In this document: positions 9,430-16,845 of the stretch, piece by piece
How the letters are laid out: each line of letters opens with the position of its first letter
How positions within the stretch are numbered: the stretch's first letter is position 1
Assembly (NCBI RefSeq): GCF_016908375.1
Contig: NZ_JAFBDS010000001.1
Location: 381,142-405,141, forward strand
Direction of reading: 5' to 3'
DNA: 24,000 nt
DNA from: Amphibacillus cookii
GTDB taxonomy: Bacteria > Bacillota > Bacilli > Bacillales > Amphibacillaceae
Notes under the pieces: generated by a model
Database searches by the model: none
The model's input: the letters and a program-made list of their open reading frames with translations, nothing else
What the model was told of the DNA's origin: nothing
Position numbers and translations under genes: made by a program

Positions 9430-9741
9430 TTTATCACAGATAATGGTCAGTAAACAGCCACCACAAAATAGAGAGCAGAGGTCAATCGATTTAGGTGGGC
9501 GATAACAGATGCTAATCTCCTGATTGACTCAACTACCAATTAGTGGGTGAGTAAGATCGTAGACTAAAACCGCCACATTTTTAAAAAGGATTACAGACTA
9601 AGATCGCCACTTCCTTAAGAAGGATTACAGACTAAGACCGCCACGTCCTGTGGCAACGTCTGCATGACCTACATCCTGTAGGCCCACGTCTGCATAACCT
9701 ACATCCTGTAGGCCTCCGCCCACTGATTGAAGTTTCGTTTT
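9430..9741 (+). repeat. Dispersed intergenic repeat, copy D (longest form, extra internal module)
   Basis: TTTATCACAGATAATGGTCAGTAAA...CAAAATAGAGAGCAGAG...GTGGGTGAGTAAGATCGTAGACTAAAACCGCCAC..AAAAAGGATTACAGACTAAGATCGCCAC..AGAAGGATTACAGACTAAGACCGCCACGTCCTGTGGCAACGTCTGCATGACCTACATCCTGTAGG...GATTGAAGTTTCGTTTTC. Confidence 0.8.
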
Positions 9742-9838
9742 CTTTCTTTACTTAAAATACCTTGAATTGATAAAGTTACTATTCATTATCCCCACATATA
9801 TTCTTTATTTACATCCATAATATAAGTGGAGGTGATTT

Positions 9839-10006
9839 ATGATGGAAAATAACCATAAAGCAAAAGATTCATGTAAATGTGCAAAGCGTGAAAGTGATCA
9901 TCGAGAAGTGGATAAAACATTGTCAAGAGATTACGGACATGAATTTGCTGATGAATTAATATCCCATCCGAGAAGAAATAAGAATCATGCTGAATATAAA
10001 AAGTAA
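9839..10006 (+). CDS. Small highly charged protein of unknown function, related to 10310..10468
   Basis: Not in the ORF track. AGTGGAGGTGATTT is followed by ATG: MMENNHKAKDSCKCAKRESDHREVDKTLSRDYGHEFADELISHPRRNKNHAEYKK*. A hairpin follows. Confidence 0.65.
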   Translation: MMENNHKAKDSCKCAKRESDHREVDKTLSRDYGHEFADELISHPRRNKNHAEYKK

Positions 10007-10069
10007 GCGTGACGTCAAGGTTGGAATAAAATAGGTAGTTTCCATTGTAAAAAGCTTCTTTTTTAAAAA

Positions 10070-10103
10070 TAGAGTGAACCACTGCTATTGTTGGTTCACT
10101 CTA
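10070..10103 (+). terminator. Hairpin downstream of the small ORF
   Basis: TAGAGTGAACCA-ctgctattgt-TGGTTCACTCTA. U tract is weak. Confidence 0.55.
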
Positions 10104-10309
10104 TTAATATGCTTTGCGTGATTGATCGAAGCAAATGCTGGTTAATTATAAAGTGTTACCATGCTAATTGATATCAAGCTTGTTTAAAAAATTAATCTTA
10201 AAATTCTAGATATTGTAAGTCGCTGTTCATGACATGGAAAGTTAACCATATAGCTGTAGGGATAGTCGGTTTATAATGGGACAAACTAATGGTTGTGGAG
10301 GTGATAGTA

Positions 10310-10468
10310 ATGAGTCATGAGAAAAAAGCTGAAAAACGTAAACGTAAAGGGCGCAATGATCATGAAACAATTAAAGAGACATCGCCAAGACGCTTTGATC
10401 ATGAGTTTGCCAATGAACCGATGACACCAGTGGAGCTCGATCGAAATAAAATACCGAAAAAATGCTAA
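10310..10468 (+). CDS. Small highly charged protein of unknown function (52 aa)
   Basis: Not in the ORF track. TGTGGAGGTGATAGTA is followed by ATG: MSHEKKAEKRKRKGRNDHETIKETSPRRFDHEFANEPMTPVELDRNKIPKKC*. A strong terminator follows. Confidence 0.7.
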   Translation: MSHEKKAEKRKRKGRNDHETIKETSPRRFDHEFANEPMTPVELDRNKIPKKC

Positions 10469-10470
10469 TT

Positions 10471-10502
10471 AAAAAGGCTTCTCTTTAAAGAGAGGCCTTT
10501 TC
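10471..10502 (+). terminator. Intrinsic terminator
   Basis: AAAAAGGCTTCTCTTTAAAGAGAGGCCTTTTT. Confidence 0.85.
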
Positions 10503-10567
10503 TATAAATATCGTTTAAAAACTTACATAAGTGGGAAAAGAAAATCAATGATAAGGAGTGATAAATA

Positions 10568-10912
10568 ATGAATAATGCGCAATATCAATCCGTAGTGATT
10601 GCGTTACAAAATTGTCGAGAGGCGTGTTTGCACTGTTATCGATCTTGTTTCAAAGAAGATGCAAATCATATGGCTAAATGTATCCAAATGAGTCAAGAAT
10701 GCGCAACGATTTGTGCTCAATTTGAGCAAGCTTTATTCTTTGATACACAGTTTATTGAGAGCTACGCAAAACTGTGTATTGAAGCATGTCAGGTATGTGG
10801 CTATGAATGTGCTAAACATGAACATGATCACTGCCAGGATTGTGCTAAAGCTTGTTATGCGTGCGCTGATGCATGTAAAGGATTACTAGACAGTAGAGGC
10901 TTGATCGATTAG
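10568..10912 (+). CDS. Cys-rich four-helix-bundle protein (DUF326 / Csp copper-storage-like, YhjQ-like)
   Basis: Repeated Cys pairs: NCREACLHCYRSC, KCIQMSQECATIC, LCIEACQVCGYECAKH, HCQDCAKACYACADAC. Confidence 0.85.
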   Translation: MNNAQYQSVVIALQNCREACLHCYRSCFKEDANHMAKCIQMSQECATICAQFEQALFFDTQFIESYAKLCIEACQVCGYECAKHEHDHCQDCAKACYACADACKGLLDSRGLID

Positions 10913-10965
10913 AGCATCTTTTGAGAAGCAAGAAGTACGAATTATGATTGGAGAAATGATGCTCT

Positions 10966-11619
10966 TTAAGACATGCTTCTAATTTGAAATTTGGATCTTT
11001 TGTTGATCCAAATTTTTATACATAGCGCCAACCATGAGATCGATATGCTTATAGCAGCTACAATATCTGTTAAGTAATGTGCCTCTAAAATAATTCGACT
11101 TAATGCCACGCCTGTAATAGCTGTTATCCCGAGTGATAGAACACCTGCTTTTAATCGTTTATTCGCTTGCAAATGATAGACAAGAAAGATAATGAACATA
11201 AATAATAAGGTCGTGCGCATCGTATGTCCACTTGGAAAGCTATAGGAGACAAGTTCAAATTCAATGTTAAAAAACTGAATCATCCGTTCTGAACCTGGGC
11301 GTGTACGTTGGAATAATACTTTGAGCAGATAGTTCAAAAACACTCCACCGATAGACATAACCGTAAACAAAATAGCAAAGTCCCATCGCTTTTTATAAAT
11401 GAGACTAATAACTACAATAATTGAAATGGAAAGAACAAATTCAATAGCACCAAGAAATGATAAGTGGCTAACAACATATATAAGTGAAAAGTTGTTGAGT
11501 AATTCCGTGATCCTAACACCAATAGTATCCAATAAACGCCAGGGTAAAATAGTTGTTGCAATTGCCGTATATAAAAAGATAATAAGTGAAATCACGATTA
11601 TCTTGGTAGAATGTAACAT
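10966..11619 (-). CDS. PAP2-family membrane phosphatase
   Basis: KVLFQRTRPG, SYSFPSGHTM and SRIILEAHYLTDIVA are the three PAP2 motifs. Start chosen at MLHSTKII after GTGAGG. Confidence 0.93.
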   Translation of the reverse strand: MLHSTKIIVISLIIFLYTAIATTILPWRLLDTIGVRITELLNNFSLIYVVSHLSFLGAIEFVLSISIIVVISLIYKKRWDFAILFTVMSIGGVFLNYLLKVLFQRTRPGSERMIQFFNIEFELVSYSFPSGHTMRTTLLFMFIIFLVYHLQANKRLKAGVLSLGITAITGVALSRIILEAHYLTDIVAAISISISWLALCIKIWINKRSKFQIRSMS

Positions 11620-11744
11620 AGTAAACCTCACTTTTTAAAAAAACTTTAGAATAGCTTAACATTTTTTATTATGGTTCGCTAGTCGAAATTTAGGAATTGA
11701 CATTACAAGATCGATACTTTATGATGGTGAATGTATATTATAAT

Positions 11745-11905
11745 TCCTCGTTAGGTGAGGCTCCTGTGCTGGAGATATGCTACTGCCCAAAAACGTCCAA
11801 AGACGCCAATGGGTCAACAGAGACTATCGAATTAAGGTGGTTTTTAATGTAGCTGGACTTGATCCTATGCCGCACAGTGCTAAAGCTCTACGAATGGAGG
11901 CGATC
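11745..11905 (+). promoter_or_regulatory. M-box (ykoK-type) magnesium riboswitch
   Basis: CTCGTTAGGTGAGGCTCCTGTGCTGGAGATATGCTACTGCCCAAAAACGTCCAAAGACGCCAATGGGTCAACAGAG...TTTTTAATGTAGCTGGACTTGATCCTATGCCGCACAGTGCTAAAGCTCTACGAATGGAG matches the M-box core as I know it. It lies upstream of mgtE. Confidence 0.96.
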
Positions 11906-11933
11906 AGGTTATTTGGGATGCACTTAAATAATT

Positions 11934-11965
11934 AAAGCTCACCTTCATTCAAAGGTGGGCTTTTC
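11934..11965 (+). terminator. Expression-platform terminator of the M-box
   Basis: AAGCTCACCTTcattcAAAGGTGGGCTTTT, directly after the aptamer. Confidence 0.85.
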
Positions 11966-12135
11966 CTATGTCTGAGGGAAGTATAAGGGTAAAACTTAAT
12001 GATTTAACCATATTAAAAAAGGGGGAATACGGTATGGGAAGTTGCGCAGATTCTGATTCGAGTTATAGGCAGAGCAGTATAAAAAGGCCCCTACTGTATT
12101 TGTCGGTATCGGTCTCTAAATGAGGAGGATATAAT

Positions 12136-13497
12136 ATGGTCAAGTTTGAAGAATTAAATCGAGAAGATTATGCAACTGATGTGCTACATTATTTAAAAAA
12201 AGAAAATAAAAATAAATTTAGAGAACTTTTTTTGGAACTCCATCCAACGAATCAACTTGATATTTTTGTTCAGTTGAATCGTCAATTGCGAGATCGTTTG
12301 TATGTATTAATTTCAGGTGAAGAATTTGCTGAATTATTTGAAGGACTAGATTTAGAAAGACAAAAACAAATCATCTTAGAATTAGATGAAGCATATATTG
12401 CTGAACTATTTAATGCCATTCCTACTGATGAAGTAGCTGATTTACTCGCTGAATTAGAAACTTTTGAAGCGAGTAAAATATTGAATTCAATGGATAAAGA
12501 GCGTGCGATTATTATTCGTGAATTATTAAGTTATCCTATTGAAACAGCTGGTGGGATCATGGCGAAAGAATTCGTCACGATAAAGTCTACTGACAAAGTC
12601 AGTGAGGTTATTGATAATTTGAGATTTTCAGCACCTGATGCAGAAACGATATACTACTTATATGTGCTCGACCAAAAGTCAAGACTTGTAGGTGTATTAT
12701 CCTTGCGGGATTTAATTATAGCACCGGCGTTTGAAACGGTTGAAAATATTATGGGAACAGATATTGTTACCGTCACAACAGATATGGATCAAGAAGATGT
12801 TGCGAAGCTGATGAAACGTTATGACTTTTTGGCTGTCCCAGTTGTTACGAAAGAAGATGTCTTAACCGGTATTATTACCGTTGACGATGTTATGCAAGTA
12901 ATGGATGAGGAAGTTACAGAAGACTTTGATGAATTTATCGCAGCTAAAGGGGCGATTGACATTAATATAAGTTCTTTTCAAGCAGCGAAAAAACGTGCGC
13001 CATGGATTGTTATGTTGATATTTTTTGGTTTTATTACCGGTGGTGTGATCAATTCATTTGAAGAGTCCTTAGAGCAGGTTGTCATCCTTGCCGCTTTTAT
13101 TCCTTTAATCATGGATTCAGCAGGAAATGCAGGAACACAATCATTAGCGGTTGTTGTACGTGCAATTGCGACAGATTCCTTTGAAAAGAAAGGTTTATTA
13201 CATGCTGTTAAGCGAGAATTTGGGACAGGTATTATGCTTGGTGTTATTACTGGAGTTGTATTATTGATTTTAGTTCCGATAGTGTATGGCAATTTTGCAT
13301 TATCTTTTATTGTTGCTGCCTCACTATTTTTAACATTAAGTTTCTCTACAGTGATTGGTGCTATTGTTCCAGTTGTCATTAATAAATTGAAATTAGATCC
13401 GGCGATTGCTTCAGGTCCATTTATTACGACCGTTAATGATATTCTAGGATTAATTATTTATTTTACTATAGCGACGACATTTATCGCTTATTTATAA
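12136..13497 (+). CDS. mgtE: Magnesium transporter MgtE
   Basis: N-domain followed by two CBS domains (VSEVIDNLRFSAPDAETIYYLYVLD, VTTDMDQEDVAKLMKRYDFLAVPVV). TM domain has LAAFIPLIMDSAGNAGTQS. RBS is GAGGAGGATATAAT. Confidence 0.97.
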   Translation: MVKFEELNREDYATDVLHYLKKENKNKFRELFLELHPTNQLDIFVQLNRQLRDRLYVLISGEEFAELFEGLDLERQKQIILELDEAYIAELFNAIPTDEVADLLAELETFEASKILNSMDKERAIIIRELLSYPIETAGGIMAKEFVTIKSTDKVSEVIDNLRFSAPDAETIYYLYVLDQKSRLVGVLSLRDLIIAPAFETVENIMGTDIVTVTTDMDQEDVAKLMKRYDFLAVPVVTKEDVLTGIITVDDVMQVMDEEVTEDFDEFIAAKGAIDINISSFQAAKKRAPWIVMLIFFGFITGGVINSFEESLEQVVILAAFIPLIMDSAGNAGTQSLAVVVRAIATDSFEKKGLLHAVKREFGTGIMLGVITGVVLLILVPIVYGNFALSFIVAASLFLTLSFSTVIGAIVPVVINKLKLDPAIASGPFITTVNDILGLIIYFTIATTFIAYL

Positions 13498-13739
13498 ATT
13501 AAATTTAGATAGGGAAACCGAACATTAATATCTGACTAAACATGTGTAAAATCCTAGCTGTGTAAGAGAATGATCAGGTAATTACCCCATTATTTTGAAG
13601 GAGCCTATGTCTTTTGGTCTAACCTTTGTGGGATGTTATCGTTATATCGATATTTACACAATTTTAATATTTCATTATTAAAGAAAATAGGCTATAATAT
13701 GTGCAACACTATTTCACGAATGTTAGTGGAGGTGATGTT

Positions 13740-13943
13740 GTGAAATATGTTTACTGGTTTTTTCTGTCTATATTAGTGTTGTGGGAAACAAATGCATTAC
13801 AAGATATTTTTGGATTTTCTGCTTTTTGGCAATATTTAGCTAATGTCATTTTCGTTGTCTATTTTGCTTATTTATTAAATATAGATATTAAATGGAACAA
13901 ATTATTAATGAGATATAGTCAGCAAAAAAGGTCAATAAATTAA
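13740..13943 (+). CDS. Small two-TM membrane protein of unknown function
   Basis: GTG start after GTGGAGGTGATGTT: (V)KYVYWFFLSILVLWETNALQDIFGFSAFWQYLANVIFVVYFAYLL.... A terminator follows. The ATG at 13701 in the track has no good RBS. Confidence 0.6.
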   Translation: MKYVYWFFLSILVLWETNALQDIFGFSAFWQYLANVIFVVYFAYLLNIDIKWNKLLMRYSQQKRSIN

Positions 13944-13981
13944 AAAGGATTCTGCATGGTGGCCATGTAGAATCCTTTTTT
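13943..13981 (+). terminator. Intrinsic terminator
   Basis: AAAAAGGATTCTgcatggtggccatgtAGAATCCTTTTTT. Confidence 0.9.
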
Positions 13982-14040
13982 ACATAATGAAAAGAGTATA
14001 AAATTTTCACAAAGAATTGTAAATGGACTAAGGTTTTTAA

Positions 14041-14775
14041 ACTGTTACTCAACTTTCGACTGAAAATAGTTGGAAACGGAATGAAGAAGATCGAATGATA
14101 CAAATCAAACCAGAAGAAGATGCAACAGAACTGGAATCAGGAGAAATGATAGATTATGGACATATTCAAATGGGTAAGAAGGGAAAAAACACACGCCAAA
14201 CACGTCTAGTTGTTCAACAATTGACTGAAAAACAACAAGAGAAACGGGAAGGCTATTTACAAAGAAGAAGGCGGAAAGGGGGTCACACCCAATCCGCCAC
14301 AAAAAAGAATCAAATCCAAATTCTTGCCACCAATATAACACGGCAACAATTGGATATGCAAGCGTTGTATCCGATCTATTCCTTGCGTTGGCAAGTGGAG
14401 ATTCTATTTAAAACATGGAAATCATTATTTGATATCGATAAGGTGCGAGCTGTGAATCCAGAGCGGTTTGAGTGTCATTTATACGGTACGCTAATTCATA
14501 TTCTTCTTTCGTCTATGATTGCTTTTCAATGTCGTTATTATCTCCATAAGAAGCATCAGATCGAAGGTAGTGAATACAAGTGTATCGACCTTGCAAAAAG
14601 CGCCATTGAAGATGAGAAAGGACAGCCATTGCATGATATCTCTTCACTTCGTGCACTGATGAAGAATATTTATCAAAATGTATACCGACATGGAAGGAAA
14701 GATCATCGCTATGAGCATATGAGTCCTTTTGATATCTTAAATCTTACTTATGAACGAACTTTCAAAGCAGTATAG
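14041..14775 (+). pseudogene. 5'-truncated IS4-type (DDE) transposase remnant
   Basis: The frame is open from 14041 without a plausible start. ..YPIYSLRWQVEILFKTWKS..DIDKVRAVNPERFECHLYGTLIHILLSS.. is the C-terminal YREK-like region of IS4 transposases. The N-terminal DDE parts are absent. Confidence 0.8.
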
Positions 14776-14817
14776 ATTAATATTTGGGTTTTGCCAAAGC
14801 TTATTGTTTTTTAACTT

Positions 14818-14953
14818 TGTTGATTGGAGAGGAAGGCATTCGACTCCTGCGGGAAAAGCGAAGACGATGAGACCCCACAGTGAGCGTTCTGTGCGAACGA
14901 GGAGGCTCAGCGCGAGCCCGCGGAAAGCGAAATGCCTGGATCGCAAATCAACA
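14818..14953. repeat. 136-nt palindromic-ended non-coding element (MITE/REP-like)
   Basis: Ends are TGTTGATT and AATCAACA, with inner arms GGCATTcG and cGaaATGCC. The core is GACTCCTGCGGGAAAAGCGAAG...GAGACCCC...GAGGAGGCTCAGCGCGAGCCCGCGGAAAGCG, a type I recall as frequent in Bacillaceae genomes. Confidence 0.65.
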
Positions 14954-15060
14954 GCCACTTTTAACAGCGTAATATTAAAAAAAAAGCAATAAAGTGGTTT
15001 TTACTAATCATGCACCGAATTGGAAAATAATATAATTTTGTGTAAAAATTATTCACTCTA

Positions 15061-15250
15061 GACTTGCTTTTTCTGTAATTGATCCTTAGCTTGACGGCTA
15101 TGGGGATGGGTTTCAGCTAACTTGAGTCGCACACTCCTCAAGTGGATCTTCAGCTCATGCTATTCCCGAAGAAGTCTCACCCCTTGCTCTTATCTCCACA
15201 TAGACTGAGGGTTCATACTGAATGCGTAAGCCCAACCGCACGAAATAAAG
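15061..15250. other. Structured non-coding element of unknown class
   Basis: Outer pairing of CTATGgGGA (15098..15106) with TCCaCATAG (15195..15203). Internal ACTTGAG-tcgcacactc-CTCAAGT hairpin (15120..15143). The locally GC-rich stretch is interrupted by stops. Confidence 0.4.
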
Positions 15251-15407
15251 TGAAGAAGATGTGACACGACTAGAAATAAGAAGTTTCTTATTCTGAGCCC
15301 CGCCCACTCACTAAAGGAAGGATAATGCGGATTTATAAAATTTTAGTAACAGAAACACATAGAACGCAATTACTTTAAGTGAATTACCATGATTCAACAA
15401 CGGTAGT

Positions 15408-15543
15408 CTTCAATTCGTGGAGGTTTTCGTCATTCTCCCGCTGATTGGTCGTTGAGTGAATCCGGACATGAGCGTCCGTTAACTCCCGCTTAAGTGGGTG
15501 AATTCTACGCTCTATTTTGTTACAGACAGTTATCTGTGATAAA
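15408..15543 (-). repeat. Dispersed intergenic repeat, copy E (short form, inverted)
   Basis: Reverse complement is TTTATCACAGATAACTGTCTGTAACAAAATAGAGCGTAGAATTCACCCACTTAAGCGGGAGTTAACGGACGCTCATGTCCGGATTCACTCAACGACCAATCAGCGGGAGAATGACGAAAACCTCCACGAATTGAAG. Confidence 0.75.
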
Positions 15544-15715
15544 AAACAGATTTAGACATAATCTTTGACGATAAAGGGTATGGTAAAGAGAAACGAAATT
15601 AAATGCTATAAAATGATAGCTATACTAAATTATGTTACGATCTATATAAGGGATGTTATCAAGAGCTTAGCTTTTGATAAGGTAGCCTTTCATTTTTACA
15701 GAAGGGGTGTTTAGC

Positions 15716-16669
15716 ATGACAATTGGTTACACAAAAACACGAAAAGTTGTAATTGTAGGTACAGGCTTTGTTGGATCTAGCTATGCATATTCCTTATTAA
15801 ATCAAGGAATAGTAAATGAAATCGTGTTAATTGACCTTGATTACAAGCGAGCAGATGGTGAGGCGCGTGACCTTAATCATGGTATGCCGTTTGGTTCGCC
15901 TATGCGTATTAGAGCAGGTGAATATGAGGAGTGTTCTGATGCAGATCTTGTTGTGATAACGGCTGGTGCAAACCAAAAACCTGGGGAAACACGACTCGAC
16001 CTAGCTTCGAAAAACGCAAAGATTATGAAGGGGATTGTCGAACAAATTATGGAGGCGGGTTTCAAGGGTATTCTCGTTGTAGCCTCTAATCCTGTTGATG
16101 TGTTAACACAAGTCGCTTATGATGTGTCAGGACTTTCAAAAGAGCGTGTGATTGGCTCTGGTACAATATTAGATACAGCACGTTTTCGTTATTTATTAAG
16201 TGAGTATTTTCAAGTGGATTCTAGAAATGTTCACGCCTATATTATCGGAGAACATGGCGATTCAGAATTGCCGGTTTGGAGTCATGTCCAAGTAGGTGGA
16301 CTTCCATTAAATGTATATGGTCGAATTGAAAATTATTATGAAGACCGTGATATGCAAGAGATCTTTGAAAATGTAAGAGATGCCGCTTATCATATTATAG
16401 AACGTAAAGGTGCGACCTATTACGGGATAGGGATGGGTTTAGCAAGACTAACCAAAGCATTGTTATACAATGAGAACTCTATTTTAACGGTGTCAACCTA
16501 CTTTGAAGGAGAATATGGACTAGACGGGGTATATTTAGGCATCCCAGCTGTTGTTAACGAATTTGGTGTTAGAGAAATATTACGACTTAATTTATCAGAT
16601 CGCGAACAAAAGCAACTCGAAGAATCTTCTAGCATATTAAAGAAAATGGTAGAAGACATTGAATACTAG
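15716..16669 (+). CDS. ldh: L-lactate dehydrogenase
   Basis: [55 protein letters not shown] and the active-site [17 protein letters not shown] at 15716 is preceded by AGAAGGGG. Confidence 0.96.
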   Translation: MTIGYTKTRKVVIVGTGFVGSSYAYSLLNQGIVNEIVLIDLDYKRADGEARDLNHGMPFGSPMRIRAGEYEECSDADLVVITAGANQKPGETRLDLASKNAKIMKGIVEQIMEAGFKGILVVASNPVDVLTQVAYDVSGLSKERVIGSGTILDTARFRYLLSEYFQVDSRNVHAYIIGEHGDSELPVWSHVQVGGLPLNVYGRIENYYEDRDMQEIFENVRDAAYHIIERKGATYYGIGMGLARLTKALLYNENSILTVSTYFEGEYGLDGVYLGIPAVVNEFGVREILRLNLSDREQKQLEESSSILKKMVEDIEY

Positions 16670-16722
16670 CTATGGGGACAGGCTGCACAATAGATGCAGC
16701 CTGCCGTGTAAAAAAGAAATAC

Positions 16723-16751
16723 TTGAGCAATGCTTATTGATCTGCTACAAT
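16723..16751 (+). promoter_or_regulatory. Sigma-A-type promoter of the cggR-gap operon
   Basis: TTGAGC, 17-nt spacer, TACAAT, with an extended -10 (TGcTACAAT). Confidence 0.75.
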
Positions 16752-16779
16752 TACTGTGTTGGAATTTTTTTATTGTATG

Positions 16780-16815
16780 TGGGACAAAAAACGTTCTTCC
16801 GGGACGAAAATCACC
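16780..16815 (+). promoter_or_regulatory. CggR operator candidate
   Basis: tGGGAC-AAAAAACGTTCTTC-CGGGAC-GAAAATCACC. GGGAC boxes sit 20 bp apart, as in the B. subtilis gapA operator arrangement, between promoter and cggR. Confidence 0.7.
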
Positions 16816-16845
16816 CCGTTGATAAAAGAGTGAGGGAGGCAAAGC

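Noticed and set aside
7060-9741. CRISPR-like interpretation of the repeat modules
   Set aside because: The recurring modules are imperfect and adjacent, with no unique spacers of constant length and no cas genes. A structured interspersed repeat is a better explanation.
9837-10082. Minus-strand 81-aa ORF MVHSIFKKEAFYNG...
   Set aside because: It lies opposite the better supported small ORF 9839..10006, which has a strong RBS. The minus ORF starts within the terminator-like palindrome and has no good RBS.
11399-11638. Plus-strand ORF overlapping the PAP2 gene
   Set aside because: Antisense overlap with a motif-supported CDS.
12978-13379. 133-aa minus-strand ORF inside mgtE
   Set aside because: Low-complexity Thr/Pro/Ile composition typical of an antisense read of a TM domain.
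13888-14103. 71-aa minus-strand ORF near the terminator at 13943
   Set aside because: It spans a strong terminator hairpin, with no RBS or homology cue.
14105-14341. Minus-strand ORF over the transposase remnant
   Set aside because: Antisense of the transposase coding region.
14041-14775. Intact functional transposase gene
   Set aside because: The frame lacks the N-terminal and DDE-containing parts and has an in-frame stop immediately upstream (14038), so it is treated as a truncated remnant.
14737-14992. Overlapping ORFs on both strands covering the 136-nt element
   Set aside because: They arise from translating the GC-rich palindromic repeat. No RBS, and the terminal inverted repeats explain the sequence better.
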